DNA of 64,000 bases from Tubulanus polymorphus (lineage: Eukaryota > Animalia > Nemertea), in contig NC_134027.1 in NCBI RefSeq assembly GCF_964204645.1, positions 9,828,485 through 9,892,484 of the forward strand, in the 5' to 3' direction. Positions 55,118 through 64,000 of the stretch are shown piece by piece. Below the pieces are notes generated by a model. The model had not been told where the DNA came from and ran no database searches. It saw only the letters and a list, made by a program, of their open reading frames with translations. The position numbers were made by a program, and so were the translations under genes. The first letter of the stretch is position 1; the number at the start of each line of letters is the position of its first letter.

Positions 55118-55216
55118 GGGCTTGGTTTCACAAAAAAGTTTTAACTCAAATTTTTGCTATAATTGCCATTGGTTACTTCATGTTTTCAATGAGGAATTTT
55201 TCGTGAAACTGGGCTC
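55118..55216. mobile_element. Harbinger-like MITE
   Basis: TIRs gggcttggtttcacaaaaaa / tttttcgtgaaactgggctc. Confidence 0.6.
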
Positions 55217-56065
55217 AGTCTATGATTGATGCCAAAAACAAATGATTGCTAACTAAAAATGAAAATCAAGGGCATCCTATGGAAATCTGACATGGTTTAA
55301 AGAATACAACTAACTAGTGACAGTCCAATCAAGTTTGTACCACCAGCAGGACTTTCACTATAACGGAAAACGAACATTTTGAACGAGCCCATTCAACTTG
55401 ACAGTTAGTTCATTATTTTCTGTTGAATTTCCTTCGACAAACTTCATTTTCTGATCGAAAATCACCTAGTTAAGATCATTTGACTAACTTGTCAATTCTT
55501 AAATTCAATTAAACCTCAAAATCTATGTAGAACTCAATAATATCTATATAGAATTCACCATCTTACAAACATCATATACGATGGCGTCAAATACAACATT
55601 TCACTTGAATATTTATTTAGGGATGTCCATTAAGTATGTATGCTCAAAATACTGATTCCAACCCCCACCCCCACGTAGATAAGGAAAAGTGGCCAATTAT
55701 TGACCCCCTCCAAATACCATACATACTTAATGAATTATGTTTTTATGAACTAATTTTCTACTTCACCTGTTCAACTATCAGAAGAGTTAAAACAATCTTA
55801 ATACAGTTGAATTCCGCAGCTTTCAAAACCTCAATCTCTGATGTTAAAAATATAAACAATATAATAATAAAGAACTACAGTAAGTGGACAATGTACCTCA
55901 CCTGCTTTACACAAAAATGTCCTACAAAATATTCAAAAACACCGAAAGATTGCCACCAAAAGGACCCTCGGGCAGGTGAGGCTCTTAACATGGCTATGAT
56001 CCATCTCTGAGTACTATCACATTATTCAGTATTTTATGGCACTAGTTTGATAATTGTAATTTTCA

Positions 56066-56230
56066 CACAGGGGAACCTTGTGACAACGAACATCAGAGGA
56101 CCGGCCTGTTTCTACAACTGGTGTTGTTCTCATAACATCCAGTATCAAATGATGCAATTGTATTAATCAGGTAAATATATTTAATTTCTTCTATCAATAT
56201 CTGTGTTCATTATCACGAGGTTCCCCTGTG
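56066..56230. mobile_element. Tc1/mariner-like MITE
   Basis: TIRs cacaggggaaccttgtgacaacgaaca / tgttcattatcacgaggttcccctgtg, similar to the termini at 25117-25285. Confidence 0.7.
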
Positions 56231-56681
56231 CGTACGTAAATTCTTGATTTTGACCCATTTCTGAAATTAAATGCACACATTTCTGTTCATAATCAACGGT
56301 GTCAAAATAGAGTTTAATTTTCTGAAATTGTCAACCCGAAAGCTTGCCCTAATCATCTCATCACATCTCATCTCAGAAGATGTTAAGCTTTGTATCCATA
56401 AGATGCAAATACGATTCTTTTTCTCATGTTAGTATTTCTAACATCGCACATTGCTGGGAGGACAAAGCTGATTTTTTTTCCAGCAACTCAAAATGTTGTA
56501 AAAAGAAAAACATCATAAAATTCACACCTAATTGCTACACTTGCACCACAAAATTTTGATTCACAGCCTTTTAAGTGTTCATAGTCTTGCACAATGATAT
56601 CCTTATATGCATGTTATTACATTCACAACCACGACATGCAATTGGAGCACATACATGTATATCTGAACGATAAGCATTCAA

Positions 56682-58060
56682 TAACTAGATGTACAGGGAC
56701 ACCGCACCTACTAGGTGGCATGCTTGACTATCTGACAATCGCAATATTCGATGCCCTCTAGTAAACTAAATAAGCAATGACCTTGAAACTGTGAAACTCA
56801 CCACAATCATAGAACATGTCATAACCTACACATTTTTACACAGCTGCACACTGTGCTTACAAGTTATGCATAGGTACCAATATAAAAAGAAAAATTGTGG
56901 ATAATTCAAAACCTATTGGTATTTTAAAACTCTTTTTCTAAAAAAAACTAGGGGTCCAGGGACACCATGCCCACTAGGGAAGTGGTTTCAAGTGCTCAAC
57001 AATCTAACAATTTCAATATTCAACGCCCCCTGGTGACCATATACAAAAACCAATGACCTTGAAACTCACCACAATCATAGAACATGTCAGCAGCTACGAT
57101 TTTGTAATTGATTGTGATAAAATATGCCTCGTTACCAATTTAACATGGAAATACTAAGTTATTCTACTATTCAACGCCCCCTGGTGACCATATTCAAACC
57201 CAATGACCTCGAAACTCACCACAATCATAGAACATGTCATGAACTACAACTATGTAATTGATCATGGTAACAAAATATGCCTAGGTACCAATATAATAAG
57301 GAAATACTAAGTTATTCTACTATTCGATGCCCCTTGGTGACCATATAGAATAACTAATGTCCTTAAAACGCACCACAATCATAGACGATGTCATGAGCTA
57401 CAACTTTGCAATTGATAGTGGTAACAAAATATGCATTGGTACAAATATAATATAGAAATACTAAGATATTGTATTATTCAACGCTCTCTGGTGGCCATAT
57501 ACAAAAACCAATGACCTTGAAACTCACCAAAATCATAGAACACGTTATAAGCTACAACTTTCTAATTCATTGTGGTAACAAAATCTGCTTAGGTATCAAC
57601 CTAATACATGTGTTACCCAAATATCAGGACATTACATTGAAGCATCTTCAAAACTTCCCAAAATAACCGGATTCTGTCTATGGACGGACGGACGAAAAGT
57701 GAACGCAATAGCCCGCTGGGACTAAAGTACCAAGTGGGCTGAAAAACCCTTTTTCACATCTATGCAACATATCCACATGAAACCCCTAGAAAATCGATAG
57801 GCGGCATTTTCAAAATTTCCCTCGATGACTTCAAAAATGTGAAGAAAGTGCTGATTTTGGCAAACAGTGATAGTGTTCAGTTGGCCATCTTGTTCCTGAT
57901 TGGGCCAGTTTTTGGGGCAACAAATGTATCTACAGACGATACATGTATTAACTAATATCTAAAAAAATCCATAAAAGTGCCTTCAAAACTTCCCTGTTTA
58001 GGATTGGTGGATGGACGGACGAAAAAGTGAACACAATAGCCCCCCCCCCAAGTGGGCTAA
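56682..58060. mobile_element. Nested Helentron-associated (HINE/DINE-1-like) elements with an internal ~153-bp tandem array
   Basis: Two left termini aactag...cagggacacc (56682, 56947). Repeat units at 57021, 57172, 57325, 57479 plus a divergent unit near 56745. Two right termini each have (GGAC)n, gaaaagtgaacRcaatagccc and a hairpin closing with gtgggct (57683-57741, 58013-58058). Confidence 0.72.
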
Positions 58061-58515
58061 TGAAACAAATGATGTTCTTTCAGAATGCCATGCTCTACCA
58101 CAAAGTATATCCAACTATAGTGTTAGATAACACCATTATATGGTAGGGTATAATATAACCTGGATTAAAGTCATATGTATACAATCACACTAAGGCTAGC
58201 CAGTCAAAACTTAATAAATCAAGGTTAATATATTCTTGTATAGACATGGCTTTAATACATGTAACTAAGAAGCAAGTATATTTCTGAGACACTAAGGTAC
58301 TATAAACACCTATGATCTTAGTTGAAAGCTAGACTAATTGCTTTAATTTGTTAAAATTAAGAATTCACAATAAACTATGGTTCATAGTCCAATGGTGTAT
58401 TCCAAACTTTCTTTTCGGACATTAGCTAGAAACATAATGCGCAAAATTGCATGGAACCAGAATTTTAAATCATTCCATCAAACTTGATGGAATATTTACG
58501 TACAATAAAAAATCT

Positions 58516-58651
58516 AGGGCAGGTGCAGGGGAACCCTGTTAGCCCTAACCATGGTTAGTAAAGCATAGTTAGGCACGGGAAACGTTGTTAGCCACTAACC
58601 GATAAGCCACTAACCGCGGTTAGGCTAACAGGGTTTTCCTGTCTCAGCCCT
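58516..58651. mobile_element. Harbinger-like MITE
   Basis: TIRs agggcaggtgcaggggaaccctgttagccctaacc / ggttaggctaacagggttttcctgtctcagccct. Confidence 0.7.
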
Positions 58652-59323
58652 TAATTGCATTTCAACAGTATAAGCAAGTTGATTTTTACAATTCCAGCAT
58701 TTCATGTGATCACGGAAACATACAATATAAATGCATTTTTGCAATTCTTAACCTATTAAGTCATTGCACCATAAATGCACCGGTATACATGCACCATAAT
58801 GGCATACATCATTATGCCATTTTAATCTATAGTCAAAAACTCTTGATTTCTACAAGATCACAAATTTCAAACTTCAAAGTCCCTTCAATTCCTTGTCAAA
58901 ACACTATTCAGTTCATATGAATCACTGATATGTTTATTTCATTCTATGCGCTACAAATTTTCATGTATCTGTCATAGAAAAATGAACTGTCAACCTGTCA
59001 ATATAGCAAAACATTTTGACAGATAATCTATCTTTCGGCACAGTGGATCGTGTCATTCAATATACAAATCGGAATATTTCCGTGTCTAATAGCGCTATAG
59101 CAAACCTGTACAGTTAAACTTGTTTAAGTTTTTATATGGTCGTTGGAAGCATCATTATGTTGACATTATGTTATCTTTTTTTGGTGTAAGGTCAATTGAA
59201 AATACAAATTGGGACTAAAAATAGACAAGTAATGTGACGACTTACCCTATCAGGTGAAAACTTAAAGCGAGTTTGACTGACAGTGTATATATTGCCTAAA
59301 AATAGAAACTTCATATCCTGGCA

Positions 59324-59446
59324 GGACCTCAGATTTTAAGACGGGCCACTTCTGAGTAAATACCTTCATCAAGGTATGAAAAAATGGACCTCAGATTTTA
59401 AGATGGGCCACTTCTGAGTAAATACCTTCATCAAGGTGTGAAAAAA
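59324..59446. repeat. 62-bp tandem duplication downstream of the DCP1 stop codon
   Basis: ggacctcagattttaagaYgggccacttctgagtaaataccttcatcaaggtRtgaaaaaa x2. Confidence 0.92.
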
Positions 59447-59746
59447 GTCCTTATGAAATAACCGAGATATATAATGGATATTGCTAATGATGCTGCACCC
59501 AAAAAAAACCCCAATGCACAAACAAACAAAACATGACTCGAAAGATAATGAAAAACATGCACTAAAACAAAATCCAACCATTCAACGAATACTCAACAAA
59601 TGAGCATTGGTATTATTTGCGATAATCATCACTACGTAAGGGAAAAAAAAACAAAAACATTGCTTTTATTCTTAAAAATATCATTCAGCACTGGTCCGCA
59701 CATCACCCCAATATCACAATGCGCGCTGCATCCCTCTACTCTCTTC

Positions 59747-62700
59747 CTAGTGTTTTTGTAAGCTCTGTATATACGCATTATGAATCGTATCCAGGAAAGT
59801 CGAATCATTCTACAAAACATAATTCGATAAGCATCGCTTTAGGCAGATTCAATGAAAACCGATAATCATGACGAGCACTTGATCTGATGGAATTAAGCTC
59901 ATTTTTTTTACACTAAATAATGATAGAAACGCTGGTCTGAACCAGAGAGGGACGATACCTTAAGCAGGAAGAGTAGAGATTGTTGCAGTTGTTCTTTAGT
60001 GAGTGGATTGATGGTATCCATCTCCATAGCAAGTGGAGGGGAAACGGATGAAGTCATGCTGTATGGAGCTGAATAGATAAATGTAACATGACATTTAGTT
60101 TACATGTCAACCTGAAGATGGCACATTGGTCACTTAAATCGATATCCTTGTACAGTTTATTATATTGTTAGGATGAATAAACTTATTATCTATTAATCTA
60201 TTAAGGAGTACAGCTAACCATGAGTAAGATTGATTGGTGTAAGAACTTTTGCTTGAGGAAATCCTTGTGTTTCATTATTTCCTTTCTCATTTTGTAATAT
60301 ATCTATTGACGGATTGCAAAGTCGAACTTTTAAAGTCAAAAGTCGAATGGATAATTTGGGATTTAATGGTTTCATTATAGATCCTTTTGATTTGCCCAAA
60401 TATCAATGACCTATAAGATCACGTACCTGCTAATTGATGCAGAGCTTGCGCTGATGCGGAATGGTGCATATGATGAGTTCCGGCCGCTGCGGCTCCTAAT
60501 GGCGGCATCTGCGGTGCCACCTGAAATGCCATTGGTGACATGAGAACACTGGCTGGTGGTGGCATTGGCTTCGAGTTCGGCGTCAGTGAACCTACCGACC
60601 TCTTCTGAAAAACATCAAACTAACAAATAACTAATTTTACCAATTTTAGTTCCCTTTGTTGTTGAGCATTCGATCTGACGACATCAAGAACTCTATAACA
60701 TAAAATTCGGACATATTTCAATAGGAATTGCACAATTTGTCTTAACACGTTCGCTGCTGGCTTGATAATACAGTGCCACCCCCAAGCTGTTACATAGTCA
60801 GCCTTTGCTCATCAACCAATAAAGCGGTTAGTAGATATTACCAGCCAATGAGGAACTGTGTCATTCCCGTGTGCAGGAGTGCAAATATGTAACAGTAAAT
60901 AGGAAGAATCAGCAATGAATATAATCGTAGCCGAACATGCTAATAAAAGAACAAAGCCACAAATAAATCATATCAATACACAGGCCGTCAGTTATTAAAT
61001 CGCTGCGAGTCATTGGTTTGGTCAGTCCACTCAAATCTCTAAGAGGTTGGGAAGGTTTAAGTCGTTCTGCACCGATGTGGGCAGTATATCGGAGGTTGAC
61101 TGTACGTCGATTCTACGTACCTTACTATCTAGACTCGCAGGGTTAGCAGACGAAGCCATCAAATCGTCTGGTTTCAACAACAAGGGCGCCGCGCCTAATT
61201 TCTCCGGCAACGAGTTCATTTTCATCACATCGACAACAGACGGCGAAACCGCGCTACTGTTTTTCTGCAATGTTTGACTACTACCGGATGTTTGACTGAA
61301 CATCGCTGGCTGCGATAACATCGGTACGGTATCATCTGGAGATACCAACGACAACATATTGGTTTCCGACATGCACGCGTGCATTTTCGTCACGTAACCG
61401 TCACCAGCACCGCCAGACGACAAATGCGTCAGCAAATTCGAAGAACTCTGCACCGTACGCAAACCAACGGAGTCGCCTGCGCTTGTCGTCTTCGATTGCG
61501 GCGTTTTTGGTGTCATGATCATGTTCAATTTCATTTTCAAATCGGTCGCCGGGCTCGGAGGAGCGTTGTAGTCCATCACCATTGGCTCGGCGCCGGTCGA
61601 TTTCGCGGAGTGCATATTTTGATCGCAGGCGTCGCCGCTGCCACCCATCTCCATTTGTTTGCGTTCGATTTCGTCGACCATATTTCCCGGATTCGACATC
61701 AGACGCATCAACAGCTGCGTCGCCGACTGTGCGTCCGGTCCTTGCTCGACACCGCTGCGAACAGGAATAGCTGCCGTCGACTTTGACCTGAAAGTAAATG
61801 GTGAACACATCAATTGACATGAGGAAATAATAATAAATGATCCTAGATAATTTCATAGCTGTTTACTATCAATTCATCGAACTCAGCTAATACTGCAGTG
61901 TTCAAAAAGAGAGCCTCTTGTCTCTATGAAGTGTGGGCGTGGTAGTACCATAAATATTCCGGGCATATTCTATTCTAAAGCCAAAAATGCTAAACACAAT
62001 GGGATCTTCAAATCCAAGTTGGGTTAGGTGGTTCAGAAGATTTATATATCAGAATATGGAAGCTCTTAATAATTAATGAAGCCAGTTCTACTATCTATAT
62101 GACATTGGACCAAGTTGAGCATTTATTCAATACCTCGGCTTTTGTTTTCCTTTCTTAAGTTCATGAGGGTCTTGATTGGAATGTCGTTGGGCTGCACTAG
62201 CACCCGCGACAGTGCCACGACTCGCACCAAACAGTGCCTCTAAGTTGATAGGCGTGCTCGAAACCTGGACTAGATGAAACGAATAAAAAGACAAAAAGAT
62301 GTTGACGACATTTTCTAAAGAAATCACCGTCAAGACAAGACAAATAGACTGTGGACTGTGTTTCAGGTAAAATTTTGATGCCATACCATTTTCATGATCA
62401 GGCCGTACGGGCTTCGGTTTCCTGATCGGGCTATGAGTTTTTCCATTCACGCTGCACCCTGGGTTGCTAATCATTGGCTTTGGTTCCGAACGATCGGCTA
62501 TACCACCACTCTTTGTCTTGAAAAGAGAAGAATAAAGTGAAACCATAGTGGGACCTAGTGGGACCCTTTAGTGGGACCTAAAAAGGTGATGATGCATTTC
62601 AACCTCCATGATAACTAGGGGTTCAGGGACACCATGACAGCTGACAATTTCAATATTCAACATTCCCTGATTAACTGTAGATCATGTCATAAGCCACAAC

Positions 62701-62978
62701 TTTACAATCGAATGTTGTCAAAAAATATGCATGGGTCCAGATATAAATGGAAATCACAAATTGACGACAAGCCCGGATGATGGCCGATGTCTCGACTTAC
62801 CTGGTCGTACTCGTGCTGCGCTTTACTTAATAACTGTAATATATCTACGGTGTTGTTCTGATTGTGATGTCGCGGTTTCGGTCGTCGTTCGAACATCGTG
62901 TCGCTCTCCGACGCTCGGCGCAGACGCCCGTTACTGTCGGCGCGTAGTGCGTACGTTTCAGCGGCTACTTGGACGAGT
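59747..62978 (-). CDS. DCP1: mRNA-decapping enzyme 1 (DCP1), 3' exons; the EVH1 exons lie beyond the window end
   Basis: Exons about 62801-62978 (VDILQLLSKAQHEYDQ, motif MI), 62387-62516 (EPKPM), 62135-62269 (INLEALFG, HLM-like), 61121-61787, 60426-60605 (LMSPMAF), 59959-60067 and 59747-59809 (trimerisation domain PLTKEQLQQSLLFLLK|NDSTFLDTIHNAYIQSLQKH*). Confidence 0.92.
62613..62708. mobile_element. Truncated copy of the HINE-like family in a DCP1 intron
   Basis: aactaggggttcagggacaccatg...acaatttcaatattcaac...catgtcataagccacaac matches 56947-57100. Confidence 0.65.
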
Positions 62979-63464
62979 CTGAAAAAAGTAGATCGTAATA
63001 AACCCCTTTATTCGAAGTAACGGCATACATTTTGATAAAAGCGTCCTGAAATCTACTACATTTACAAAAATATGTGCGTGCTACATTGTAGTACATGAAA
63101 TTCTCTTTGATGTTGGCAATACTAACACATTGATGACAGGTCGGTAGCGCATATCCCCCCCCAGTGAATCATATTCAAAGGGTTTAGTGAATTACCGACA
63201 CAATCAAAAGGCACAAGGGGCGATGCAGGTTTTGAAATGGTTGCCTTCAAAATCCATTGTTGTAAACGTTCCACCCCTAAAATCCATAAAGTTTTTTTTT
63301 CATTTCAAATTAAATTCTAGCGCAGTGCTGAACATCGTGTCTACCTTGCTCACAGTGTATTGTCATATGTTTGACAGGTGCTTCCATCTTTCAATCGAAA
63401 CACGAACCGAAAATAACAAATGAAAATACCGCACGCCGCAGGATTATCTCGACTCTTATACACA

Positions 63465-63576
63465 AGGGCCAAGTTCCACAGTTCTGAGTTAAGATTTGAA
63501 TCTGGGTTAACTCATTGAAAATGAACTACATTTAACTCAGGGTTAACTCTAACTCACGACTGTGGAACTGGGTCCT
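63465..63576. mobile_element. Harbinger-like MITE
   Basis: TIRs agggccaagttccacagt..tgagtta / taactca..actgtggaactgggtcct. Confidence 0.7.
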
Positions 63577-64000
63577 GAAATAAAAATTGTTACTTAATCG
63601 ACTTAATCATCTTAAGTTGTTCGCATGTAACAAAAACAGGATACGATGAGTTTAATAGAAAAAAAGCTTGTGAATTATTCGCATTAGGAAAAGCACGCAC
63701 AACCAGCTCCGCAGTGCTTTATCCTTAATACTCGACTTAATCAAACAAAATTCTTATACTGTGCACGGAGCATGCGTCTGCTTAATCATTGCCGATTTAG
63801 ATTAAAAACCTCAGAACACAGAACATAATTAAAATAAATCTGCTCATCAACACCCACTGATAATGCAGGTATAGACAATTCTTTCAATAAGCAATTTATG
63901 CACAAACTGCAAAACAGTTTCAGGCAAATTGAATACAGAAACGTGAAGCCCACGTAAGCTTCAGTTCTGATGTCACAAATTGAACAGTGCGCAACCACAG

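Noticed and set aside
57015-57620. Regularly spaced repeats as a CRISPR array
   Set aside because: Whole ~153-bp units are homologous with no unique spacers; this is a tandem array inside a mobile element.
61047-61856. Antisense and alternative-frame ORFs over the large DCP1 exon
   Set aside because: Expected shadow ORFs of a GC-richer coding exon, with no independent support.

Overview
AT-rich, intron-rich animal genomic DNA, probably a marine lophotrochozoan-type invertebrate (inferred from gene families and repeat types). It is not prokaryotic, so most six-frame ORFs are exon fragments or noise. Spliced genes reconstructed by eye, left to right: last exon of a class II ARF GTPase (+); PUS7 (-); a secreted protein with an unnamed invertebrate domain (-); two tandem, divergent FABP-like genes (+); a secreted PAN/Apple + C-type lectin gene (-) with two intact alternative terminal exons and a third truncated copy; NELF-C/D (-); an EGF-pentraxin/LamG-GAIN adhesion GPCR (+); inositol monophosphatase (-); PSMA7 (+); a pseudogene and an intact copy of an unrecognised 12-Cys small protein family (-); and the 3' part of DCP1 (-). 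Repeats include a 1.76-kb foldback DNA element with ~568-bp TIRs and a decayed THAP-like core, nested Helentron-associated-type elements with a ~153-bp array, many MITEs, LINE tails, microsatellites and a Penelope-type hammerhead-like motif. Best leads: the lectin with swappable sugar-binding halves, the 12-Cys family, and the duplication breakpoint linking the lectin and FABP genes. Exon coordinates were read manually and may be off by a few bases.
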